Assembly: GCA_964036045.1 (NCBI GenBank)
Contig: OZ038379.1
Location: 6,448,001-6,512,000 of the forward strand
Origin: Eutreptiella sp. 'Long Island Sound 2002'
Lineage: Eukaryota > Protista > Euglenida
Reading direction: 5' to 3'
DNA length: 64,000 nucleotides
Shown here: piece by piece, positions 45,893 through 59,740 of the stretch
Layout of the letters: every line of letters starts with the position of its first letter
How positions within the stretch are numbered: position 1 is the first letter of the stretch
Translations under genes and position numbers: made by a program
Notes under the pieces: model-generated
What the model saw: only the letters and a program-made list of their open reading frames with translations
The model's database searches: none
Told to the model about the DNA's origin: nothing

Positions 45893-48800
45893 CTAACAGT
45901 GTCTCGGGACAAGGGAAAGGGAGGTAAGGTGTTGGATTTGGGGTACTGCAACATCAATAGTACCGGGACACAAAGTGGAGGCAGAAGCTGTCACTGTGGG
46001 GACAGAGTGCTCTGCCGCAGACTTGATGTTGGGGGATACTGCTTTGGGGTGCACTATTGACAAGGATGTCCCGAACCGGGCTGAACAAGGGGACGCTGTA
46101 AAATGGCCAAAAATGCACACAGTCGCACGCACAACGCTTGTTTGGGGTGGGGGAGCTGGTTTAACCCCTAATTTTTACGGCCCTTCAGCTATAAGGCATG
46201 AGGCCAAAAATCCAAGTTTGCTGTCACTCGGGTCCTGTTGTCTATTGAGTGTGTTGTCTAAAAACAAAGTGGCACTGAATCCCTGTTTCATGGTAAAATC
46301 GTAGTTTGCCACACACTGCATCAAATCACGACAAATCATGTAACTCAGACTAGGTTATGGACCCTCAACCCCAGGCACAAAATGTTAATAAGAGAAAACA
46401 TATGGACAACTCAAAACGGTCAAAAAGGTGTCGCAATTGTTGAAAAAATTGGCTACAGTTTACGTTAAAACTGGGTTGTCACACACGAAACACACACCAA
46501 TTTATTGAAAAATTCAGTAGACATATGTTCAGGGTGCAAGCCAACATCTGACTCAGCCAAATCATGAGGTTTTCATGACTCCCCTCAGCCCCTCAAGCTG
46601 GGATCACTGCCGGCACTATTCTCACGTTCATGCAAGGTGCAACTTAGCGGTCAATTCACGGTCTTGCGTGTTTTGTCACAGCCATAGGGTTGTTACATGC
46701 TACTATACACAAGGACAAATGCCGGAACGGGGTACCACATTGGGGCACCCAAAGAAAGGGCTAGCTCAATGGTGGCCTTCCTTCAGTGCTCGCTGTTATA
46801 GAGCTTACGGAGAGAGGGAAGGGAGAGAGGAGCACGTGGAGGGCAACAAGAGTACTGCCTCTAAAAATGGGAACCAAACCAAGAGGGTTGGCTGAAGCAG
46901 CAAAAACACAAGGCATAGTGTGCCAGTGGTGGGGGGCAAGAAAAAGTAGAAAATCATCTTTGCAATGCATTGGATAGCATGACCGCAATATATTGCAATA
47001 TTCCACACGACTTGCCTCCCCATTGGGGGCAGTAGTAGCTCGCTGTTAGCATGAGATTTACATTGACCACATCACCAAGCACACAAGCCGGGATTCAACC
47101 CCATTCCCCCATTCTGCACGACAAGGTGTGTGGCCACTCTACTCTACTCCACTCTACTATGATGATGCTGGGTAGGAAAAGGCGAAAATTAGCCAAAGCG
47201 CAAAGCATGCCATCAAAAATCAGGCAAAAATCGACAACTCATACCAAACTGTAAATCAGTGTGGTGGGGATGGTGGCATACCAGGGGACTCGGTAAACAC
47301 ACGGTGGAATGTCGCAGTGTGTCCCATCTGACACAAGAACCATGTCAACTCTCCAACTTAGGTTATTTTCGAGCCACTAGTCACTTCTAGTTTACAGCGC
47401 TTTAGCCGTAAAATTTTACAACTAACGCGCCATAAAAACAGTCGTGGTGCACAACACAAGTAGACACATGCAAGCAATACAACCGATCGAGTTGGTTGTT
47501 GAAATGAGTACGGTGTTGTTCTCCACATTGGCCCAATAGAATAACACTAGGTTCGAAGAAGACCAGGCACAATTGCTCCGGCTGAGTTGCCCCAAGAAGA
47601 TGGCATACTGAGGCAAGGCCACCCTCTGTGTATACCAGTGACTACAAGTCAATGTCCTTGGCCATCTCCCTATGGTCTTCCGCTTCCCCACCCACTATGG
47701 TTGATAGTGGTCAAGGTCTTCAGGGGATTGGCCAATCATCGGGTGCTCCTCGTTTCCTATCTTCTCAGGGTCGCTGTTTGTGGTCTATAGTGCCCACGGC
47801 GCCCGGGATAGAGGGTTCCGCGAGGTTTGATGCCTCTAGCAGCAACAACGAGTGTTGTGCCATGCACCACATGACCACCGTCAGCCGCGGCATGTTCCGC
47901 CATTGCTTGCTCCATGGTTGGCTGTTCCGTTGGAGGCCCCCGTTTACCACCTTGCATAGCCATTTTGTGCTATTTCACGTGCCTGCAGAAGACAAAGGGT
48001 GCAATTGGGCAAGTCCAGGCACATGTTTCCCAATACTAGAAACCCCAAATTCAGATGCTCTTAGCACACGGTGTTTTCCAAGCGCCAAAAGACGCAGGCA
48101 TCGTTTCCCATGGGCATGCACAATGGTGTAGGTTGCTTGCTATGGGATGGCATTGGTTTGCCCCGAGTCCAACGGCTATGGCAACACTATATGTCCGTGC
48201 CCACACAAAAACCGTAACATACCATTGTAAAAAAAAAAAAGGTGCATCTTAGACAACAAACCATGAAGCCAAATACCCCACTTTTCAGCTGGTGTAACAC
48301 AACGGTTCTATTGGCATGAGTTGTCGCCACCTAGTAACAACAGTCACTAACACCCACAGGCTCTTATTTTCAGAATATGTGGTCCTCAAACGGGCACATT
48401 TGTGACCACTACCAGACTTCAGACAGACACCTGTGGTGGCATCTGTCCTGGTCATCCTAGTTTTGAGGTGTGCATATCATATATGTATCTCGCACAGTGT
48501 ATGGTCTATGCCCGAAAAAACCAATCAACAACAGCAATGGGCTAGTTGACACCATTTACGGCACTTGGGCCGCCAATTTCTATGGCGCTATCACCGTTAA
48601 TAATCGACATGGGAGTAGAGGATGCACCATATGGGGGCCAAGTGTGACACCGTACTACCTGGAGCTGACGTCTAGGAGCGCCATAAATGTGTTGTGTATT
48701 CACCGGCATTGATGCCCTAGCCGGGGGCTTCTCAGGGGTTTACTCGTGTTTACCTCTCTCTACCGCCGGCTACTTGCCACCGGTACATTGTTTGCGGGGC

Positions 48801-51800
48801 AGTAGGGTTAGGGGATACTCCTTGAACAATTCTCTGACGGCAGTGGCCATCCCAAATATCCATCAGAACCAACATGGATGGGTAGGACACCAACTTTGGC
48901 CCTCTACCTTTTATCTTCTGAGACACGAGATACACACACTCCAACAGGCCTCTTTTCAATTTTCTCATTAATTATCGCACTTTGCTACCTGCATGTTGAA
49001 CAACAAGATGTCGAAATTTTATTCTAAAAGGTGTGGGTGTGGACACAAAAAGGAGGAGGCGAGGGTGCTACACAAAAAGAATGGGTATTTCTGTGGACAG
49101 CGCGCACAGCACCTCCGGGACACTTGTCAACAGTGCACCGCAACACTACGCGTCAAGCGTTCCAGCGGAATCTGACATTACAAGTTTGGCCTCGTGTTCC
49201 CGACAAGCCACTGCCACTAGTTGGGACTGAACTGCAGGAGATACGGCCAGTGCTAAAAATTCCCGGGCACAGAGGCAGTCAGAATCTTGCACTCTCAGCA
49301 ACTCTCGCACTTCTGTGGGGGACTCAAGTGAGCCAGTATTGGGCACTGTAGGTTCAGTCAGCTGCTGAATGGTACAAAGTGGAGCGTAATGATTTGCTTG
49401 CAATGTTGGCGCTGGTCCTCTGTTACGCCCTTATCAGCCCCGTCCCAAGAGAAAGACAGCACTGCACTCGTTACTGGGGAGCTGTTGTGGTTCAGTGCAG
49501 AACATGATAACAGCGCCAGGCCTGTTTGGCCTTTACTCAGGCACAGCCAAAGACAGAAATGCAAAGCGCCCGCGCAGGCGAAACCACTGAGGGTCCGGCC
49601 CTCAAATCGAAAAACACATCAAGCTATGCACATGCAAGACAGGAACAGGGCACTGGCATGGCACAGGGTCAAATCCCTCCCCCTTGTGGCAAATCTAGGG
49701 TTATTGCTAACCTTAGATCAGACGTGCAGAGAGCGCTTGGCGGGACATGCGAGGGCGGGCGTCACCCTTTTCAGGGCATGCGGGGATAAGCTGAAATTAT
49801 TTGGGTACAACCGGGAATAAGCGGTACTGTATGGGGTCGCAACGCAGCACCAGCAGCTACCACAATGCCCAAGATAGAGAAAACACACACATACACATCA
49901 TTGTTGTGCAGGACAGGCGTTGTTGGTTTCTGGACAAATGGGGACAACCGTCCTTGTGTTCTGGGACAATCACTAGCTCCAAGTCCGGTAATGATGTATG
50001 CTCACTGAGATGCCAAAGAGATGCTGTAGGGGATGATGTTAAAAGTGTCTCCAGGCGTACTGTGGACGATCTGTTGGGGGGTGCAATTGCTGATGAAGCC
50101 AGGGATGCCGGGAATGGGCGCACACGCAACGTTGCACCCATGCATATGATGCACGCGTGCATGTACAGGGGCATCCAACATGGGAAGGTGTATCGTCTTG
50201 CAGCATCATTTGCTGGGAAGCTGGTCACCACCTCCTCCTGATGGTCACCATGTGACCTCACTGTCCAGTATAAGGGTACCTTTGTCTAGGCTGACCACCT
50301 TTTTAAGTACAACCTGAAAATCACCTGATGAAAGATGGCGTGGCAGGACTTGTTGCGAACACATTACGTGCTACCATTGGCTCAACGGCAGATGGGCATA
50401 CAATTTGTGTCCAAACTATCTCTTTTGTTGGTTGTATGCGGACCGACCCTTGTTGACTATGCACATGACACGTCACCCCAGGCCCAAGAGACAAACAACT
50501 CCACAGAGGAAGCTGGGTACACTGCATCAGGATTTGGGCACACAGGCATACAATTCATGTCCAAACTGTCTTCTGAGAAACTGTCACGTGGGCGGCAGCA
50601 CGTGCCATCTCTGCCAAAGAACCACCTCACGGAGGTTGTTCAGTGAAAACCAGGCGTGGAGCTTGCTTTGACTAGCGAGCAATTGGTGAACGCAAGTGGG
50701 TACAGAGTGACATTCCTCCAGCAACCAACTCTGAGATGGTTGCACTGTTGCTGTCGGGAATGCGAACAAGGCGCAAATGGCTGCGAACAGGAATGCGGAC
50801 AGTGCCGGCTTGTCGACTGGTCTGTGCAGCACGTGCACTTCGCTTCAGATTGAGCTGCTCAGGTCCGGGACTATTTTTTTTCTGAGACGCAAATATCCCC
50901 CAGAGAGTTTTGGTTGAGGACCCCCAAAGACTGCCCACCGCCCGAAACCCACGTTTTGCGGAGGCATGGGGGTGGGTGGGTTTGGGGGGGCGGGGGGGCT
51001 GGACAGAACCAATGGCGGCAAGCCCCAACCCCGCTGTCCACTTTTCCATGCCCCCTCTTATCTAAGACAGAGCAAGGCCCCAAAGTTGATGTTCAACACA
51101 CGCCCCTGCGCCTGAGGCGGGCCGTTTCCTACGCGCGTGCGGCAGTCAAAACCGTATTAACGAGCCAGCACCCCACAAATGAATGGGGCCCAAATGGGTG
51201 GAAGAGAACGGTGGGGGAGAACGACTGGCACTCAGTAAAACAACCAGAAATGCACACGGAGGGGGCATCTTTGCTCACATCTACAGACCGGGACCGACTC
51301 AATATAGGCCCCGGGTTAATGTGGTGGACAGGCCCTCTGTGTCTTGGACAAGCGGTATCGTGGCCATAAATCAACAATGGTAGGTCCTATTTCGGTCCGG
51401 GGCTGATGGTCATCACCCTCCAGGCCATCCATCATCCCGAGCAGGTAATCATGAGAGTATGGTGTGAACCGTGGGGGCGCCAGACTGAACCGTTGGGGGG
51501 GGGCCTGGGCGCCTTGATGCACTCATTTGTACTGTGTGTACCGGTGCCTGACGGCGGCTTGCAGACACTGGAACTGAGTGTTTGTTCTGGGTGGCGGCCA
51601 TCGTCGGATTTACGGCCAAGACACGGCTGCGTGTACTGAGGTGGGTGGCCGGCCTGGCGCGACATCTCTTGAACCGTGAGTCGCTGGCGTCTGCACTCCA
51701 CTCCGATTCCTCACCACTAAACGTGCAGCCGGACAAGGGGGGCACTATTGTCGGGTTGTCCATTGCTTCAACCGCCCACTTCCAGGGTCATTGCCTTCAC

Positions 51801-52989
51801 AGCCTCACGTGGGGTACATGGACCCCCCAAACCAGCGGTGCCGTCCCAGATCGTATCTGGCGGTCGCCCAGAAAAGCCCTCCTTGTGGGCGCCACTGGTG
51901 GGGACTTTGCCGTCTCAAAGCCGGCATGGGTCACCTGAAGCAGCGCGATTCTGGGGCCGGGCCGTGACGGCCCTTGGAACACGGTTGGGTGGTCAGTGGG
52001 TAGTCATATGAGGACATACATCCATGCAGATCCACGCAGACCAGTTGGGCCAATGGTTGCAATGCCGGGCTCAGAAAGGGCAAATGGGACACTCCTCTGC
52101 AGGGCAAACTTGCCTAGGGCAAGAGCATTGTGGCGCTTTTGATGGGGGAGGGGTCCTGTTGCGAGGACCCAATGGAACTCGGCAGTGCAGCCTCAACCGC
52201 AGCAGGACGGTCCAGCAATTCCTTATCAGATGGGGTCACACGATCAAGTCTAGGATTCAGTTTCCTCCTCTTCAGCACGAATCACAATCTGGTGCATCAC
52301 AATGTAGCGGGTCACCCTGGATCAACCCCACATTCGACGACGACACACTTAGCTTTTCGGTGGAAATCGTGATCCCAGTCGAGAATCCATCGCCGTGATT
52401 GGGCACAGCGGGAAGGTGTCGCTCTGAGGGGACCGACACAAAGGCAAATGGCACACCGGCCCCAAACACACACAACCTCTCCCCTTCGTGCAGCCAGGGG
52501 GCAGGGTTGGCAGTACTGCTGCGCAAGATGGGGCGTGATCATTTAAGGAGAAAAGGTAATCTCACTGCTGCCGAAGCAAGTTGACGATGACCGAGCAACC
52601 ATTCTCCTTCAAAACAATATTGTCGCAGATGAACATGTCGGTGGAGCCGGGTCCTTTCAATCGGGGGCTGCCTACAAATGCCTCCCGTTTCACTGCTGTC
52701 CAGGATGCTGCAAAGCAACATCGGACGGAGTCTACCCAACCAAAAACGCTTTGTGGTTCATCAGGTTCGTGTCATCAGGTTGCAAAGTCGGAGCTGCATA
52801 GTACACGCATGTACGTGCTTTCGCTGATCAGGTTCAACATCCACTGTTGCGAGCTGTATAGTACAAGTTTTAGTGTGCCTTTGGTTTATCAGGTTCAAGG
52901 TCCACTGTTGGAAGCCGTATAGTAGGAAAATGGCAACCATCAGAAGCTGAGTTGCTGGAGGGAAGCACCATGTCAGATGCGCAAGCCAG

Positions 52990-53270
52990 GCTGTTCAGAA
53001 ACCCAAGGATGTTTGAATGCACTATGAGGGGAAACTGAAATTCTTTTCATCTCCAGCATTCAGGTAGACACTGGTGGGTGCTGTGATATGGAGCAGTTCA
53101 AAAAAGGATACGATTGCAACAACACAACCTGCTGCACAACCTCTGAAGGCCAAAGCCCAGCAACCGCCAATGCGGATGTCTATTGTCTCCTTCAGCCTGA
53201 CGAAATTGAGCAACCGTTCCAGACAGTGATTACTGTCGTTTCCGATTTGCAAAGTTGTGCGAGTAATTGG
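52990..53270 (+). mobile_element. Decayed Ty3/Gypsy integrase zinc finger / core start
   Basis: RHWW...DMEQF...C...C followed by YCLLQPDEIEQPFQTV (LQP..P..PF motif). A further AGHPG-type fragment lies at about 52300. Confidence 0.4.
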
Positions 53271-54427
53271 GCTACACGTTCAAAAGACGGGGTCGGGTGT
53301 TTGGGTGTGGCTGTAGTGGGGGGGTGGAGGGGCGAGGGTGCGGGAGAGTTCGGCCTCAACAGGGCTGTCACTAACTAATGACCAAAAAAAACAAGGAAAG
53401 TGGGTGAGCATCCACCCAGTCACATGAGGGTGGTAGCCAACGGAGGTTGGGCAGGGGGCGACGTGGACACAACAACAGCAGCAGCACCACCACCACCAAC
53501 ACAAAAGCACCTGCCATTTGAGCCCTGGGGCAAGGTTTGAATCTGGAAGCTCCTTCCCTTCATGGCCCAGGCCTACCTCTGCCTAGCGGGCCTTGTGTTA
53601 AAAAAAATATACCCTTGTAAGTGTGCAGCGCCGCAGGTCTTGTTGGGGTGAGTGCAACAGGCGCTGCGCCACATCCTGACACTGCTCTTCACCCCAGCCC
53701 CCAACCCCCCCCCCCCCCCCGCGCGCCCACTGTCGTGCCTCGCTACAGCCCCACAGAGAGTTGGAGTTGCAGGGCCACTGCAAGCCCCCAGGCACGCCCG
53801 ACACACACGGGTGCGGCAGTATTCCCCCCCGCCCCAGCGCAGCCAATGCCGGGGTCACAGGAGCGCGGGAAGGAAACGAAGGGCCTTGCCCTCGCAGGAA
53901 GCCGAGACCCCCCCCCCGCCCGCCCGCCCACTCTCTTGAGACCCGGGGTGCTCCTTAATCACTTCATCACTCCGTTTTTTTTTTTTTGCGTTCAAGAGCG
54001 CCCTCCAGGAGGGCCCAAAACAACCGCTCAACCGCCGTAGCTTGCCCGCCACGTTGTTGTTGTTGTTGCTGCTGCTGCTGCTGACAATTGGTATTTCGGT
54101 GTTCCGCATGCGAAGTTGGCAGAACTTCATCCGTCACCCGATTGGTACCCTTGATACCCCCGAACCCAACATTCAAGTCGATGTTCTTGGATGGCGGACA
54201 TCGACCCCTGCGACATCCCGCATAAGAAGGACCCTGTGTGTGGCACGTGCCACACGCACCAGATCGTCGACGCCATTGAGCTTGCAGACCTGTGCCTCGG
54301 GCGGGGCTTGGAAGTATCGGTCAACTACATGGCCGCTACTTGACCCCCACCTTGCCAGGAAGATGCAAATCCTCTGCAGTGGCGAGATGGAGACGGCAAA
54401 GGATTGTAAATCCACAAAGACTTGTAG

Positions 54428-54658
54428 CTTGACGGAGGGCGCCCCCTATTGTCTAAGCTGCACGCGATCAAGAAATGGGGGGGGGGGGTGCTACTTGCGC
54501 CGCGGACTGTGGCCAAAGATCAATGTGAGCGCCTGATCAGGGGATGGAATGGGGGATGCAAACGGGGATCCGAGAGGCAGTGGACGAGGGGGTGGGACGA
54601 CGGCGTCTTTGGGATCCGCGCAACGGGGGACTTGACGGAGGGCGCCCCCTATTGTCTA
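54428..54658. repeat. 28-bp perfect direct repeat pair (54428-54455, 54631-54658)
   Basis: CTTGACGGAGGGCGCCCCCTATTGTCTA occurs twice, 203 bp apart. Confidence 0.9.
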
Positions 54659-55478
54659 CGGCCCGGTCCCAAATAAATAGACTACATACCCCGCGGCCTT
54701 GTATCTTAGACAGGCCGTTTCCCTGAGCACGGCCGTTCAGACTGTATTTTCGAGGCACTGGGATGCAACCGGTGGCAGTGCCACTTGTGTTTCATTGTCA
54801 TCACCCCGCAACAAAGTGAATGGGGGCCAAAGGGGTGGAGGCGGGTTTGCCAGTGGGTACTGCCGGTTTGAGGCGCTTGGCTGTGCCTTGGGGGCGTTCC
54901 AGGCAGCAGACGGGGGAGGCTTCGAGGTATGGCATTCCCGCCGCTCACCGTCGCAGCATCACTGCCCCCGCAGCGTCCACTCCCCTGACGGTGCTGGCGG
55001 GCCTCACACTCAGTGTCACTGCCAGACCGCGGAAATTGGAGGGTGCCCTCCACCACAAACGATGTGGGGGAATGCAACACAGGGACAGAGGGTTGCGGAC
55101 GTGCTACTAATGTTCGGCAGGGCCACTGATTCCCGCCAGGAATCAGCCCTGTGCCATGTGCCAGCCAGGAACAGCTGCTCCTGTTATATCCACAATTCAG
55201 TGAAGAAATAACCGCATCCAGCACACAATTCAGCACAAGTCTGGTCGTTGTGATCACGTGTGAGCTTGCGAGGCTAATGGCACGTCGGGTTCCGGAGCAC
55301 CAAGTGGTACGCATCAGCGGGGCGCTGGAGGGTGGGTGAAGGGGGGGGGGCGGGCCATGGGAGGGGCGGGGCAGGGGCGCATTCCGCTCGCAACAGCCTC
55401 AACGGACAGAGAGTGCCTTTCCAACTGTTGTCCAGAAAAAGGGGCGAGCGCAGGGCCGCAGGTGGTGGTGCTGGGAGG

Positions 55479-55781
55479 TCACGCCATTTGATCATGACGC
55501 AGCGGGAGCACAGGCGGGACTTGGGGGCTGGGCTGCGGCAGCCGATTCCGGAACTCAGCGGTTGGAGGCAGTGTGTCCTTGGCTCGACGGATTGCCTGTT
55601 CGCAAAGGAGCGCTGCATTCAGGTCTGTGATCATGCACTGGAGGCACGTCGTGTGAGTTGAGGACAACAGACAGAATTCGGAGTAGTAATCTTCAAAGGG
55701 CTGGTCAGTGGACGGCTCAAACACCTCGTACCCCTGTTCCGGGTCCGTCCAAAAATCAACCCCACTTTCAGTTGCATGCAC
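55479..55781 (-). CDS. Candidate downstream (terminal) exon of the right-edge gene
   Basis: TGTGTGTCCAG|GTG acceptor in phase 0 matches the donor at 62805. Reads VHATESGVDFWTDPEQGYEVFEPSTDQPFEDYYSEFCLL... to a TGA. Implies a ~7-kb repeat-filled intron. Confidence 0.45.
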   Translation of the reverse strand: MHATESGVDFWTDPEQGYEVFEPSTDQPFEDYYSEFCLLSSTHTTCLQCMITDLNAALLCEQAIRRAKDTLPPTAEFRNRLPQPSPQVPPVLPLRHDQMA

Positions 55782-56019
55782 CTGGACACACAATGACAGG
55801 TTTCAGAGAATGTAAGGGCGGGGCGGTGTGTGCGCGCGTCTGACAAGCCTTACAAACGTGTCCACAGGCAGCAATACAAAGTGGCGCTGGGGAAGGTGCT
55901 GGTTGCACAGCACAGACAGTTAACCACCAACTGCCGGCGGCCAACTTCAACCGCGGGATTGAACGCCCAATCAAAATTCTATTGCCCCCTCCAAACACCC
56001 AAAGAGGTTGAAAAACACA

Positions 56020-59000
56020 TAAACAGGGTCTAAAACATGCTTTACATAGGACATTTGATCGTTGTGAATGGTCAGAATATCCAACAAAAAATTTCCCAAA
56101 AAAATCCATTTTTGAGCCGTAGAGGGTGGGTGGTAAACTGCTTATGCGGTTTGTGTGCACATCAGGTGCCACTAAACTGCCTACAAACAGCAATATCTGG
56201 GGGTTTAGTGGGCTCATGTCCCTGGCTAGCTACAAGGGCCCAGTAGCCACTACATGGGGCCCCATGGGTGCTAGAGTACGTGCATTGTCACCAAATGATC
56301 ACCCAAACCCATCCCAAGGGCGACAAAGGGGCAAATTGGAAGAATTCAAAATGTTGAGAAATTTGCAAATGACACTAAACAACCTAAACAACAGCAATTT
56401 TGGGGCTTTCGGGGGGCCCATGGTGCTGGCGACATGGGCTTAGCAGCTACTACGTGGGTCCCCCATGGGTACGTATGTACCCATATTGTCAGGCGACGGA
56501 AGGGTGTTGGAGTAAGTCGAAATTCCATTGCCTTCGTCCACCTTGCAGAGAATCTATCCCAAGCAATGCACATCCAAATAGGGTTAAAAGGACATAAACA
56601 CTGCCTAAAACATGCTTTACATGGCTTGGATGGTCATTGTGAGTGGTCACAACATCAAAAAAATAAGTTTCGGAAACTTCAATTTTGAGCTGCCCGAGGA
56701 GAATAACTGCATGAGCAGGTTGTGTACCAGATCCTTGGGAGCCCCCCCTCCCACACACACATACACACCCACACCTAGGGTAAAAATCACATCAATTCGG
56801 GCTAAGACATGCTTCAAATAGCTTGGATGGTCATTGTGAGCGGTCACAGTATCCAAAAAAAAATCTATTGCCCTCAGCAAATCCACCTCGCACAAAATCT
56901 ACCCTGAGCAATGCCCACCGGATACCCAAAATAGGATAAAAAACACGTACTGCCGAAAACATGCTTCACATAGCTTGGATGGTCATTGTGCGTGGTCATG
57001 ATATCAACCAAACAAGTCTCAGAAATTGAGCTACCTAGGGCGAAAAACTATAAGCAAGTTGTGTGCCAACCCCTTGGGGACCCCCCCCCCCCACACACAC
57101 ATCCAATAGGGTAAAAAAAGATAGAAATATTGCCTAAAACATGCTTTCCATAGCTTGGATGGTCATTGTGAGTGGTCACGATATCAAAAAAATAAGTTTC
57201 ATTTTTTGAGCTACCCAAGGTGAAAAACTACAAAAGCAAGTTGTGTACCAGCCCATGCACACACATAAGCTTGGTGGAAACGGTGATTTCGCGTCTTTCA
57301 CACGGGCGTTGACCGGCCCTAGGCAATACTAGAGACTGAAAAAAAAAATCCTTTTGTATCCTAGTGGGCATATGCTATCACAACATCCCCACTTGCACCC
57401 CTTAGAGTGGGTACCACAGGGTCAGTAAGGTCGCCAAAAACGCCAACATAGCAAAAACGACTAAAAACTGCATAAATTGCATGAGTGCTCGTCCCACTGC
57501 GCTCCACACAAACCCCATGGAGTCGGGACGCGAAAACACTTTTTCGGCTCAAAATAAAAAAAACGAAAAGATTTATGATCTTTGGTCCATAAAAAGGGGG
57601 GGTTCATTTTCGACATTTTAGACCCCCACCCCACACACCCACACACACCCCACTCCCACCTACCCCTCCCTCAATAAAGCAAAAAAGTGGTTTCAAATGG
57701 GGGGGCTAGTCTGAGGGTGTCCGGACAAAAAACTCATTGGGGGGATGCTTTTGTTGGACAAAAGAATGATTTTACAAGGCGATAAACAAACAATTCAACC
57801 CCTTGAGGTAGGGTACGTGAATAGGCCCAAAAAAGGGGGGCCTATGTGGTGTTTTCCCCTGTAGGCAGGCTCGCCTGGCTTTGATCTAACAACCTTTGCG
57901 AGGTGATCTTGAAAAATTTTTCAAATGACACCCAAAAAAACCTAAACTAGAGCAGTTCCCATGTCCCATGGCTCGGGGTACATGGGCCTAGCGGCCACTC
58001 AGCGGTGCTCAAGTACACCCAACCCCATCCCAAGGGCGAAAGAAGGGTTTTGGAAAAAGTCAAATTTCAACAAATGCCATTGCCTTCAGCAAATCCACCT
58101 CGCAAAGAATCTACCCCGAGCAATGCACACCGAATTCGGGCGAAAAACAAATAAATACTGCCTAAAACATGCTTTACATAGCTTGGATGGCCATTGTGAG
58201 TGGTCATGATATCTTATTTTCCCCCCAAAATTTCATGTTTTGAGTTGTCCAAAGCGAAAAATTGTGTAAGCAAGGTTGTGCACCAATCCCTTGGGAGACA
58301 CCCCCCCCCCCGAGCACCCAATACCCAAATAGGGTATTGCACAGAAATACTGCCTAAAACATCCTTTACATAGCTTGGATGATAATTGTGAGTGGTCACA
58401 ATGTAAAAAAAAAATTTTGGAAACTTCAATTTTTGACCTGCCCAAGGCAAAAAACTGCACAGAAAGGGCAGGTTGTGTACCAGCCCATGCACACACGAAA
58501 ACCATTATTGGCGGAAACGGTGATTTCGTGTCTTTCACACGTGCGTTCACCTGCCCTAGGCAAGACTAGAGACTGCGACAAACGTCTTTTTGTATCCTAG
58601 TAGACAAATGTTGTCACAACATCCCCGTCGCCAAAAACGCCAACATAGCAAAAACGACTAAAGACTGCAAGAACTACATTAAGCTCTAGTCCCACTGCGC
58701 TCCACACAAACCCCATGGAGTCGGGCCCAAAAACACTTTTTCAGCCTAAAACTGAGGAAAGCCGAAAGATTCACGATTTTCAACCCAAAAAAAGAGGGGG
58801 GGGGTCCTGATCTCTACATTTTTGACCCCCCACCCCCCACCCCTCCCTCAAAAAAAGCAAGAAGTGTGGGGCCGGTCTTGGGGGGTCGAGACCAAAAACT
58901 TGGGGGATGCGTTTATGGGGCAAAAGAATGATTATACAAAGGGTTAAACAACCAATTCAACCCCTTGAGGTAGGGTGTGTGAATGGGCCCAAAAACGGGG

Positions 59001-59070
59001 GGTATGTGGTGTTTTCCCCTATATGCGAGTCTACGTGGCTTTGATCTAACAACCGCTACGAGGTAATTTT
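56020..59070. repeat. Complex satellite-like block: diverged ~1.2-kb tandem duplication built from 150-200-bp subunits
   Basis: The core AAAACATGCTTTACATAGCTTGGATGGTCATTGTGAGTGGTCA occurs about 7 times. Unique blocks recur at offsets of about 1160-1230 bp (57240/58472, 57431/58629, 57791/58952). Confidence 0.88.
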
Positions 59071-59479
59071 CAGGTGCCCGTAAACAGCCTATTCGGCATG
59101 AAAACGGCTGAGTCCTCACCAGCAGGGGCCCGTAGGGGGGCCGACCATGGGGGGTACCCAGAGTTTGGACCCGCAACCCCCGCCATGGGTTAGGGGGTCA
59201 ATATACAAGAAAAAAATTTGCACAGGACCCAGGTCCAAATCCACACACAGCGGCCGCAATAAGCAAAGAAGTTTTGACCCCCCCCCCCCGCCCCCCCCCA
59301 GCCCCCCACTTGCCAAAAATGGGGTACCCAGGTCCGAGGGGTAGAGGGGTCAAAATCCAAAGATTCATCCGGGGATCATCGTCTGTCCATCAGTGGTGAT
59401 GTTCCAAGGGGTTGGACATCCAATACCACAACTTGGGGCATGCTACGCGAACGAACCCAATAAGGGGGTGGGGAGTATA

Positions 59480-59740
59480 CGACGCCCGGCCTACGCTTGA
59501 TCTACCAACCTCTCTTTGAGGTGATTTCCACTTTTTCAACCCGGAAGTACAAGGTACCACAATTTTACCAACACATTTAATTGGGGAAATCCTACCATTA
59601 TTGCGATCCACGGGGGGCATTGGAGGCGCAGGCTGGTAAAAATGACATGGGGAGCCATTGGAAAGCAGGCTCCAGTTCGAAGTTCCCTGATAATGTCTCT
59701 TGCAAGGTGTGATGTGGCTTTTTTGGCCCACATGTGTACA
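59480..59740 (-). mobile_element. Decayed Ty3/Gypsy-like reverse transcriptase fragment
   Basis: TLSGNFE...FQWLPMSF...SNAP resembles the T..G.YEW.VMPFGL.NAP motif. Confidence 0.35.

Noticed and set aside
47560-47900. Possible tyrosine-recombinase C-terminus (HSLLLLEASNLA...RKTIGRW)
   Set aside because: The motifs are in different frames and too degenerate to support a call without a profile search.
55100-55480. Run of TGA-only stops downstream of the candidate exon, suggesting UGA reassignment
   Set aside because: The Nudix and RAP genes both end in TGA right after complete domains, so TGA is a normal stop here.
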